42,792 nt of DNA from a virus: positions 1-42,792 of IMG/VR virus record IMGVR_UViG_3300047335_000010; one strand, given 5' to 3'. The position numbers and the translations under genes are program-made. Numbering within the stretch: position 1 is the first letter of the stretch; every line of letters starts with the position of its first letter. The notes beneath the pieces are model-generated. The model saw only the letters and a list, made by a program, of their open reading frames with translations, was not told the origin of the DNA and searched no databases. Below, in pieces: positions 34,483-42,098 of the stretch.

Positions 34483-36102
34483 CTGAGACCGTACCAACAA
34501 AAAGCTATCGACGAGCTATATGCCGCGTGGGACGCTGGCGCGCGGAATGTTTGCGTGCAACTCGCAACCGGGGCGGGCAAGACCGTCATATTCTCCCATG
34601 TGATCGCGGACGAACCGGAGATATCCGTCGCCATTGCTCACCGGGTCGAGCTCGTTAGCCAGATATCCTTAACGCTCGCACGGCACGGCGTCCGGCATAA
34701 TATTATCGCGCCGACCGCTGCGATCCGTTCGATCGTCGCCTTACACATGCAGGAGCTCGGTCGGGCGTTTTACGATGGCCATGCGCGGCGGCACGTCGCG
34801 GGCGTTGATACGCTCGTCAAGATGCGCGAGCCGTGGTTCACGCAGGTCGCGCTCGTCGTGCAAGATGAAGGGCATCACCCCCTACGTGAAAATAAATGGG
34901 GTAAAGCGGCCGCATTGTTCCCCAACGCGCGCGGGCTATATCCGACCGCAACGCCTTGCCGGGCGGACGGTAAAGGGCTCGGGCGCAACGCTGACGGCAT
35001 AATTGATAAGCTTATCGTTGGTGTAGGGATGCGGGAGTTAATCCGTGAGGGGTATTTAACGGATTATCGAATATTCGCACCCCCAAGCGATCTCGACCTA
35101 TCGGCCGTTCCAGTGACGGCTACAGGAGACTACAGCCCCCCGAAGCTACGGAACGCGATACATAAGTCACATATCACGGGGGATGTTGTCTCGCATTATA
35201 TGCGGATCGCGCCGGGCAAACTCGGCGTCACGTTCGCGGTCGATATCGAATCCGCGACCGCTATCGCAACGGAATTTAAAGCGGCGGGGGTGAGCGCGGA
35301 AGTCATTAGCAGCAAGACGCCGGACGCATTACGCGCGGCGATCATGCAACGCTTTAAGCGCCGTGAGATCATGCAGCTTGTCAACGTCGACCTGTTAGGG
35401 GAAGGGTTCGATTGTCCGGCGATTGAGGTTGTAAGCTTTGCGAGACCAACCCAGAGTTTTTCCCTGTATAGCCAGCAATTCGGAAGATCGCTCCGACCAT
35501 TAGAGGGTAAAGAACATGCTATTATCATTGACCACGTTAATAATGTTATTCGTCACGGGTTACCTGATCGGCCGCGCGTATGGTCTCTTGAGAGACGGGA
35601 GCGCAAAGCGCGTTCGGCTCCTGACGATGCTATTCCTTTGCGCGTCTGTCTTAACCCTAGCTGTATGGCAGTATATCCCCGAACCCGGCGAGGGTGCCCC
35701 GTTTGCGGTCATGTCAACATTCCTGTAGCACGGTCGACACCTGAGCAAGTGGATGGCGACCTTCTCGAACTCGACCCGGACGTGCTCGCGCAAATGCGGG
35801 GCGAGATCGAACGCGTGGATGGTGCGCCGCGTGTCCCACAGCATTTAGATGCGATAGCACAAAAAGCCGTCATCAATCGGCATAAAGCCCGACAACAAGC
35901 GCAATCCGAATTACGGCAAATCATCGCCCTATGGGCAGGCTATCGCCGTCACGCGGGGTTATCAGATAGCGAAATATATCGAGAGTTTTATTTTACGTTC
36001 GACATTGACGTCATGGGCGCGCAGGCGCTCAAGGCCAATGACGCGGATAATTTATGGGATAAAATTCAGCAAGTTATTGACGGATTTAGCAATATGAAAT
36101 AG
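34474..36102 (+). CDS. SF2 DEAD/DEAH-box DNA helicase with C-terminal zinc ribbon
   Basis: N-terminal LRPYQQKAIDEL, motif I QLATGAGKT, motif II VVQDEGHH and Zn ribbon CLNPSC...CPVCGH. I prefer the ATG at 34474 (MSILRPYQ) over the ORF-track start at 34375, which would overlap the divergent gene. Confidence 0.85.
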   Translation: MSILRPYQQKAIDELYAAWDAGARNVCVQLATGAGKTVIFSHVIADEPEISVAIAHRVELVSQISLTLARHGVRHNIIAPTAAIRSIVALHMQELGRAFYDGHARRHVAGVDTLVKMREPWFTQVALVVQDEGHHPLRENKWGKAAALFPNARGLYPTATPCRADGKGLGRNADGIIDKLIVGVGMRELIREGYLTDYRIFAPPSDLDLSAVPVTATGDYSPPKLRNAIHKSHITGDVVSHYMRIAPGKLGVTFAVDIESATAIATEFKAAGVSAEVISSKTPDALRAAIMQRFKRREIMQLVNVDLLGEGFDCPAIEVVSFARPTQSFSLYSQQFGRSLRPLEGKEHAIIIDHVNNVIRHGLPDRPRVWSLERRERKARSAPDDAIPLRVCLNPSCMAVYPRTRRGCPVCGHVNIPVARSTPEQVDGDLLELDPDVLAQMRGEIERVDGAPRVPQHLDAIAQKAVINRHKARQQAQSELRQIIALWAGYRRHAGLSDSEIYREFYFTFDIDVMGAQALKANDADNLWDKIQQVIDGFSNMK

Positions 36103-36128
36103 CCTTATGCTAACATGGAGGGCATTGC

Positions 36129-36599
36129 ATGAAGCTAAATGAGTGGGCGGCGCGTTGGAACATATCGTCGTGGGCGCTCGATGACTTGCGTACGATCTTT
36201 GGTATCGCGGGATGCGAGTCGCGCGAATCGGGACAGTCGGAATCGGCGATACAATCCGAAATCCGGCTCGAAGCTGTGACCGTCGGGGCGCGTCTTTGGC
36301 GCAATAACGTCGGCGCGACCTATGCCCGGGACGGTTCGTTTCTACGGTATGGACTTGCGAACGAATCCGGGGCGGTTAACGCCCGGGTGAAATCGGCCGA
36401 CCTTATCGGCATACGACCGGTCAAGATCGAACCCGGTCACGTCGGCTGGACGATCGGCCAGTTTGTCAGCCGGGAAGTGAAAGCGGGCGGCTGGCAATAC
36501 CGGGCGACCGATCGAGAGCAAGCCCAATTAAGATGGGCAGAGCTTATAATGAGTTTAGGGGGTGACGCGGTATTTGCGACGGGCAAGGGGACACTATGA
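36129..36599 (+). CDS. VRR-NUC domain nuclease
   Basis: SESAIQSEIRLE...WRNNVG...SADLIGIRP...FVSREVKAGG...QAQLRWAELIMSLGGDAVF fits the VRR-NUC / PD-(D/E)XK pattern. RBS GGAGGG. Confidence 0.65.
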   Translation: MKLNEWAARWNISSWALDDLRTIFGIAGCESRESGQSESAIQSEIRLEAVTVGARLWRNNVGATYARDGSFLRYGLANESGAVNARVKSADLIGIRPVKIEPGHVGWTIGQFVSREVKAGGWQYRATDREQAQLRWAELIMSLGGDAVFATGKGTL

Positions 36600-36778
36600 A
36601 CCATGTAAGAAATGATAATGCCGATGCCACATGGTGCGGTGAGTTATCTAATTATGAATTTTATTTTAAGACAATTGACCAAGCGGCCGTTAACGGGCAG
36701 CACGGCGATCGTCCGGTATGCAGGGAGTGCGTCCGTGTGATCGTCGAATGCCTTGAACGGCACGCCGTCGGGGAGTAA
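36596..36778 (+). CDS. Small Cys-containing hypothetical protein
   Basis: 60-aa ORF with ATGA overlap. Cys residues at WCGE, CRECV and ECL. Confidence 0.45.
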   Translation: MNHVRNDNADATWCGELSNYEFYFKTIDQAAVNGQHGDRPVCRECVRVIVECLERHAVGE

Positions 36779-36783
36779 GTAAT

Positions 36784-37098
36784 ATGTCAAGAGCAAAACG
36801 AACGAGGCCTGCCGTCAGGCGCGAACAGCTAATCGACGCGGCTATAAAAATAAGTAAAGAAATAGGGTACAATAAGCTTACACGCGATAAAGTCATGAAA
36901 GAAGTCGGCATAACCGTCTCTCTTTTAAGCTATTATTTTCCTCGCATGTCAGACTTAAAAAACGCTGTTATGGATGCGGCGGTCGAACGTGGAATTGTCG
37001 AAGTTATTGCACAGGGAATCACTTTAAACGATCCGCGCGCACTCACGATCAATCCGCAAACCAAACTACAGGTAATCGCATTTATGATGCAAACTTGA
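36784..37098 (+). CDS. Short TetR-family-like HTH DNA-binding protein
   Basis: REQLIDAAIKISKEIGYNKLTRDKVMKEVGITVSLLSYYFPRMSDLKNAVM matches the TetR_N pattern. At 104 aa it lacks most of the usual ligand-binding domain. Confidence 0.6.
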   Translation: MSRAKRTRPAVRREQLIDAAIKISKEIGYNKLTRDKVMKEVGITVSLLSYYFPRMSDLKNAVMDAAVERGIVEVIAQGITLNDPRALTINPQTKLQVIAFMMQT

Positions 37099-37111
37099 AG
37101 GATTATTTACT

Positions 37112-39436
37112 ATGGAAGCTTTCACGAAATATAATCAATTTATCCTCTATATGATCGTACCGTCCCGCCGTTCAGGTAAAAACGATAAGATGCCAATTAA
37201 TTGGCGAACCGGGAAAGTCGCGAACGCACACGACCCGAAAATCTGGCTATCACGGGATCAAGCTAATATCAAAGCAAAGGAATTGAACGCGCGCGTCGGT
37301 TTCGTATTCACTAAGGACGACCCGTTTTTCTTCATCGATATTGACGATTGTTATGACCCTACGACTAACCAATGGTCAACTCTCGCGTTAAAAATGCTTG
37401 CCGCCTTTCAAGGCGCAGCGGTCGAAGTCTCAAGCGGTGGTCGCGGCCTTCACATATTCGGCACCGGTACCGTTCCGCCGCATACGTGCCGCAACGCCGA
37501 AAATAAACTCGAATTTTATACCGACGGACGTTTTGTCGCGCTTACCGGGTTCCATGCAACGGGTGATGCCGGTAAGGATTGTTCGGCCGTACTCCCGTGG
37601 CTAGTCGAGACGTACTTCAAGCCGGAACCGGATAGCGGTTCGTCATTGCAACCGTGGACGACCGAAGCCGTTAAAGGCTACCGTTGCGAATCGACGGACG
37701 ACGAATTAATCGAGCGGATGCTGCAATCAAAACCGGTGTCGGCCATATTCGGCGATGGCATTACGTTCCGCGATCTTTGGGAAGCGAACGAGCCGGTACT
37801 TGCGAAAGCGTATCCGCCGAACGAAACGGATAACTATAACCGGAGCTCCGCCGATGCGGCACTCGCGCAACGACTCGCTTTCTGGACGGGCAAGAATTGC
37901 GAACGGATCGAGACGTTAATGAAGAGGTCGGCCTTAGTCCGCGAGAAATGGGAACGTAACGACTATCTCCCGAACACCATTCGAGCGGTGTGCGGGAGAC
38001 AAATAGAAGTGCTTTACGATAAGCCCCCAGAATATACGACAGCACCCGATAAGATTCAAGCGGACGATGCGCCACGGCCTAAGCTCGTCACCGGCTCGAC
38101 GTTCCTCACAGTCGATCAACAGATCGATTATTTCGCCGGGTGCGTGTACGTGCTCGACGAACACAAGGTCATGATACCGGACGGCCAGCTACTCACCCCC
38201 GAACGGTTCAAGGCGTACTATGGCGGTAATATGATGCCGCTCGATGTCGCTAATACGAAGACGACCCGGAACGCTTTCGAGGCATTTACTGAATCGCAGG
38301 CATTCCGGGCACCGCGGGCGGATTCCTGTATTTTCCGTCCAGACTGTACCCCGGGAGGCATCGTATTGGATGACGGGCGACGGATGGCGAATATCTATCA
38401 CCCAGTACACACCTTGCGGATGTCCGGCGAGATCGCCCCGTTCGTGCGCCACATTGAAAAGTTATTCCCCGACCGGCGCGACCAAGACATTATCCTCGCT
38501 TATCTTGCGGCGATCATTCAATACAAGGGCGTTAAATTCCAATGGTGCCCGCTCATACAAGGCGTGGAGGGAAACGGAAAGACTTTCCTGACCTACGCCG
38601 TTGCGTTCGCGATCGGCCAACGATATAGCCATTTCCCGAAAGCGGCCGAGATCGCCTCGAAATTCAATGATTGGCTATACGCCCGTATTTTCGTCGGGGT
38701 CGAAGATATCTTTCTCGCCGATTCGAAATTCGAGGTAATCGAAGCATTAAAGCCGATGATTACCGGGCAATACCAAGAAATCGAGGCGAAGGGCGGGACG
38801 AAAATCACGCGGAGTATTTGCGCGAATTTCATCCTGAATACCAATCACAAGGACGGGCTCAGGAAGACCCGCAACGATCGCCGGTTCGCCCCGTTCTATA
38901 CCCCGCAGCAAAACGCGCAAGACTTGATACGGGACGAAATGGACGCACGCTATTTTTCCGAATTATATAAATGGGCGAGGAAGTGTAACGGGTACGCAAT
39001 CATTCATTGGTTTCTGGCAGGTTATGCGATCCCCGATGCGCTTAATCCCGCGCATGGCGAGAAAGCGCCACAGACAAGCTCAACCGAGGCCGCTATCGAG
39101 CAGGGCATGGGACGCATCGAGCAGGAAGTACTCGAAGCCGTAGCGGAAGGTTTATCGGGCTTCCGGGGCGGCTGGGTATCCTCGATCGCACTCGATAATT
39201 TACTCGTACGCGTGAAAGCGGATCGCGCCATGCCAAGGCGCAAACGCCGCGAGATGATGGAAAGTTTGGGTTATGGGTGGCATCCGGCATTAAAAGACGG
39301 CCGCATGACCCGGAACGTCCAGCCGGATGGTAGCAAGCCGACACTATACCTTCGTTTCGATCATGTAGCGCTTAAACTGCAAACGGTTGAAGACATTGCA
39401 AAAGCCTACACGGAAGCACAGACGAAAGTTGATTAA
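37112..39436 (+). CDS. Bifunctional primase-polymerase (AEP) + SF3 helicase (P4 alpha / D5-like)
   Basis: AEP motifs FFFIDIDDC and GGRGLHIFG. C-terminal Walker A QGVEGNGKTF and Walker B IFVGVEDI. 774 aa. Confidence 0.8.
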   Translation: MEAFTKYNQFILYMIVPSRRSGKNDKMPINWRTGKVANAHDPKIWLSRDQANIKAKELNARVGFVFTKDDPFFFIDIDDCYDPTTNQWSTLALKMLAAFQGAAVEVSSGGRGLHIFGTGTVPPHTCRNAENKLEFYTDGRFVALTGFHATGDAGKDCSAVLPWLVETYFKPEPDSGSSLQPWTTEAVKGYRCESTDDELIERMLQSKPVSAIFGDGITFRDLWEANEPVLAKAYPPNETDNYNRSSADAALAQRLAFWTGKNCERIETLMKRSALVREKWERNDYLPNTIRAVCGRQIEVLYDKPPEYTTAPDKIQADDAPRPKLVTGSTFLTVDQQIDYFAGCVYVLDEHKVMIPDGQLLTPERFKAYYGGNMMPLDVANTKTTRNAFEAFTESQAFRAPRADSCIFRPDCTPGGIVLDDGRRMANIYHPVHTLRMSGEIAPFVRHIEKLFPDRRDQDIILAYLAAIIQYKGVKFQWCPLIQGVEGNGKTFLTYAVAFAIGQRYSHFPKAAEIASKFNDWLYARIFVGVEDIFLADSKFEVIEALKPMITGQYQEIEAKGGTKITRSICANFILNTNHKDGLRKTRNDRRFAPFYTPQQNAQDLIRDEMDARYFSELYKWARKCNGYAIIHWFLAGYAIPDALNPAHGEKAPQTSSTEAAIEQGMGRIEQEVLEAVAEGLSGFRGGWVSSIALDNLLVRVKADRAMPRRKRREMMESLGYGWHPALKDGRMTRNVQPDGSKPTLYLRFDHVALKLQTVEDIAKAYTEAQTKVD

Positions 39437-39452
39437 GTATAGGCGGTCGTCT

Positions 39453-39485
39453 ATAGTTGCACGTCTATATAAGGGGTGCAACTAT
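39453..39485. repeat. Perfect 10-bp inverted repeat ATAGTTGCAC-N13-GTGCAACTAT
   Basis: Read directly, 17 nt after the primase-helicase stop. No following T-tract. Confidence 0.85.
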
Positions 39486-39550
39486 GCGGCTATTTGCGAT
39501 AAGTTTCGGTACGTATTATGTTTATTTGATTATCCAGTTTTGGGGGAATT

Positions 39551-39700
39551 ATGCACACATACAAAGTTTGGTTCCGTAAATTGGTAAATGGCGCGTGGGG
39601 CGCAGAGAGCGCGCGGGTCGTTTACGCTGAAAATATCGTGACCGCCCGGGCGATGGTATTAACCAAGGACGTCATTATCGAGCGCATCCTCCGGCTATAG
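39551..39700 (+). CDS. Possible 49-aa protein (not in ORF track)
   Basis: MHTYKVWFRKLVNGAWGAESARVVYAENIVTARAMVLTKDVIIERILRL, preceded by GGGGG 5 nt upstream. Confidence 0.3.
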   Translation: MHTYKVWFRKLVNGAWGAESARVVYAENIVTARAMVLTKDVIIERILRL

Positions 39701-39709
39701 CGTCAAATT

Positions 39710-39913
39710 TCACTTAGGTTCAACGATTACCTTCTGCCTAGGCCGATACCTGCGGTCAAGCTCGATGTCGGCCGCAGGGATAAGGATAGAGCGCCCGCAG
39801 TCACAGCGCTTATGGTTAGGGAAATGGCCTTGCTTGAGTTTAGCGTCGATTCGTTGCTTACAGACGCCCAAAAGCTCGGCGGCCTCGGCGGTCGTTAGTT
39901 TCTTCTTTTTCAT
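39710..39913 (-). CDS. HTH DNA-binding protein (excisionase/AlpA/MerR-like fold)
   Basis: LTTAEAAELLGVCKQRIDAKLKQGHFP...ILIPAADIE, with SD GAGGGGAG. It is a lone minus-strand gene abutting the iteron field. Confidence 0.6.
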   Translation of the reverse strand: MKKKKLTTAEAAELLGVCKQRIDAKLKQGHFPNHKRCDCGRSILIPAADIELDRRYRPRQKVIVEPK

Positions 39914-40020
39914 GGTCTCCCCTCACAATTGCCGCGGAGTATAGCAATAACCGTAATTTGCGGTATACTAAATCCGTAACTTCCTAGTGACACAATCCTC
40001 GCGTTAATCCCTGTCAATGA

Positions 40021-40353
40021 GCCGGTATCGAAATATACCGGCCTCATACCGGCTCGCCTATACCGGCCTTAACTTAACTCATTGATTCTATTAAACTTTT
40101 TATTAACACGGCCGGTATGGCCGGTATAAAATGAAATCGCTCCAGCCGACTCCACCGGTACCCTCCGGCATACTGTAGGTCACGGCCTATACTTCCCGTT
40201 TACTCCCCATTCCACCGACTTCTATTTATACCGGCCATACCGGCCACACCCTTTATATTAATAATAAAATATTCTTATTAATTAATTATTTAATTAAATA
40301 AAAGGGGACGGCCGGTATAGCATGGCCGGTATACGGCCGGTACAGGCCGGTAT
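40021..40353. repeat. Iteron field: 12 copies of (GG)CCGGTA(T/C) in both orientations (putative replication origin)
   Basis: Plus orientation at 40022, 40112, 40121, 40312, 40326, 40337 and 40347. Minus orientation at 40035, 40046, 40060, 40228 and 40237. A 13th copy lies at 40582. There is an 18-bp perfect inverted repeat at 40110-27 / 40228-45 and a palindrome GCCGGTAT-N6-ATACCGGC at 40021-42. Confidence 0.75.
40252..40304. other. AT-only stretch (putative DNA unwinding element)
   Basis: About 53 bp containing a single C (40274), flanked on both sides by iteron clusters. Confidence 0.6.
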
Positions 40354-40460
40354 CCATGTGATTGTAAATAAAACGGGCAGATTACGAAAAATGATCCGGC
40401 TTTGTACGACGAACTAAGGGAATAGTTGGGGGATTGCGCTTCGTTTGCACAACGAAACGT

Positions 40461-40575
40461 CCGTTTTCGTCCGTTCGGCGACCGTTTTCGTCCGTTCGGC
40501 GACCGTTTTCGTCCGTTCGGCGACCGTTTTCGTCCGTTCGGCGACCGTTTTCGTCCGTTCGTCGGCCGTTCGGCG
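40461..40575. repeat. 21-bp tandem repeat CCGTTTTCGTCCGTTCGGCGA, 4 perfect + 1 degenerate units
   Basis: Units start at 40461, 40482, 40503, 40524 and 40545. CCGTT recurs every 10-11 bp. The overlapping ORFs encode only repeat peptides. Confidence 0.9.
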
Positions 40576-40648
40576 AGCCGGATACCGGCAACGTGACCGG
40601 AACGACGGAGTGTGATACCGTAATAATATTTAAGGAAGTAATACAAAC

Positions 40649-41074
40649 ATGGCAGAAAAGAAGAAAAAAAAGACAGTAAAGAAATATGTAAAAAAATACG
40701 TCACGTCTTATAAAATGATCGAAGAGTGCCGCGTTTTGGCTGGGCACGGATTGACGACGGATCAACTCGCCTATTATTTTAAGTTAAAACCGATCACGCT
40801 TCATAGAATGATCGCACGCGATCCGGTATTGAAGGAAGCGATCAAGAACGGCAAATCGGTCGTCATTGCAGAGATAGCCGGGCTACTTGTGCAAAAAGCA
40901 CGTGAAGGCAATGTATCGGCTATGGTATTTTATTTGAAGACTCAAGCACGTTGGAACGAGTTTAATAATTCAGATAATCCCCCTCCCGACAAGCCAAAAA
41001 TAAGTTATAGTATAACGACGACCGACCCGGTTGAGGCCGCGCGTATTTATCAGCAAATCATGACAGGGAGCTAG
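40649..41074 (+). CDS. terS: Terminase small subunit-like DNA-binding protein
   Basis: Lys-rich N-terminus, HTH-like LTTDQLAYYFKLKPITLHRMIARD and the motif REGNVSAMVFYLKTQARWNEF seen in small terminases. RBS AAGGAAG. Confidence 0.55.
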   Translation: MAEKKKKKTVKKYVKKYVTSYKMIEECRVLAGHGLTTDQLAYYFKLKPITLHRMIARDPVLKEAIKNGKSVVIAEIAGLLVQKAREGNVSAMVFYLKTQARWNEFNNSDNPPPDKPKISYSITTTDPVEAARIYQQIMTGS

Positions 41075-41077
41075 TGT

Positions 41078-41350
41078 ATGGGGTCAACCGTACAAGCAAG
41101 TGACGGCGCAATGCTACCGCTAGATAGTCTCGCGCAAGAATTTATTTTTAGCGGCAGTTTCATTTCAACGATTACCGTCCAATACGCTGGCCGCGCGTAC
41201 GTTCAAACCTTCGAAAATGACGGTACAAATATTATCTTTATTTCTAATTGGATTTATACGCCTATATTGCCCGGCGGCGAGATCATGACAGACGAAAGCG
41301 GCGACGTCATGACCGATGAAAGCGGCGACATTATGGTTACGGAGAGTTAA
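41078..41350 (+). CDS. Hypothetical protein with C-terminal MTDESGD(V/I) duplication
   Basis: 90-aa ORF between terS and the fibre gene. A 24-bp unit is duplicated at its 3' end. Confidence 0.45.
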   Translation: MGSTVQASDGAMLPLDSLAQEFIFSGSFISTITVQYAGRAYVQTFENDGTNIIFISNWIYTPILPGGEIMTDESGDVMTDESGDIMVTES

Positions 41351-41354
41351 TATA

Positions 41355-42086
41355 ATGACTATTGCATGGACAGGTTTTCCCGCGTCGGTAGTAGCGGGTT
41401 CAACAGATATAATCGTCGGTTTAGTTGGTGGCGTATCTAACGCCCGTTTTAACGCGAATTCTTGGCTGTTTAAGGCGAACAATTTATCAGATGTGGCGAC
41501 ACCTTTAACCGCATTTAATAATATTTCGCCACTGACTACAGCGGGCGATTTATTAGGGTTTAGCGGCGGCAATAACGTCCGTATCGCAATTGGAACAAAC
41601 GGGTATTTATTTACCGTTGTCGGCGGCGTGGCAGCGTGGGCGGCAAACCCCGGGCTATTAATCGCTAACAATTTATCCGATCTTGCGAGCGTTGCGACCG
41701 CAAGGACTAATCTCGGGCTTGCTATTGCAAGCAATGTAACATTCGCAAGCCTCACAACGACCGGACTCGATATTAAATCTCATGCGAACGCAATTACCGC
41801 ATTTTCGGGTGGCGGTCAAAGCTCGGCGACCGCGCTAACTAACGCGATCAACCGTGTGACCGTTGTTGCTGCGGGTGGCGATAGCGTCAAACTACCGGCC
41901 GCGCTTGCCGGTGAGATCGTTACCGTTATTAATGCGGCCGCCAGTAACGCGATGGATTGTTTCCCAGCCTCAGCGGATGCGATTAACGCGCTTTCAGCGA
42001 ATACCGCGCTATCGATTATCGCAAATACAACAGTGATGTTTGTTTGTGCCGTTAATGGTATCTGGAATAGTATTGTAACCGCGTAA
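41355..42086 (+). CDS. Tail fibre protein (short)
   Basis: ATG at 41355 after GGAGAG. Motifs ANNLSDVATPLTAFNN and ANNLSDLASVATARTNLGLAI are shared with the long fibre. Confidence 0.7.
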   Translation: MTIAWTGFPASVVAGSTDIIVGLVGGVSNARFNANSWLFKANNLSDVATPLTAFNNISPLTTAGDLLGFSGGNNVRIAIGTNGYLFTVVGGVAAWAANPGLLIANNLSDLASVATARTNLGLAIASNVTFASLTTTGLDIKSHANAITAFSGGGQSSATALTNAINRVTVVAAGGDSVKLPAALAGEIVTVINAAASNAMDCFPASADAINALSANTALSIIANTTVMFVCAVNGIWNSIVTA

Positions 42087-42098
42087 GGATAGCGCCGT

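Noticed and set aside
39387-39587. A 66-aa plus-strand ORF overlapping the end of the primase-helicase gene
   Set aside because: It starts inside the primase-helicase gene in another frame, spans the inverted repeat and has no RBS. The shorter ORF at 39551..39700, which has a GGGGG SD, is a better though still weak candidate.
40461-40575. Possible CRISPR array
   Set aside because: The units are directly abutting 21-bp repeats with no unique spacers. No cas genes are present.
40290-40765. Three long ORFs across the 21-bp repeat array: 40290..40646 (-), 40382..40765 (-) and 40434..40679 (+)
   Set aside because: Their products are dominated by repeat-derived peptides (NGRKRSP x5, RRTDENG x5, FSSVRRP x5). 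They overlap one another in several frames, run through the AT-only stretch or the iterons, and lack RBSs. They are a by-product of a stop-free tandem repeat.
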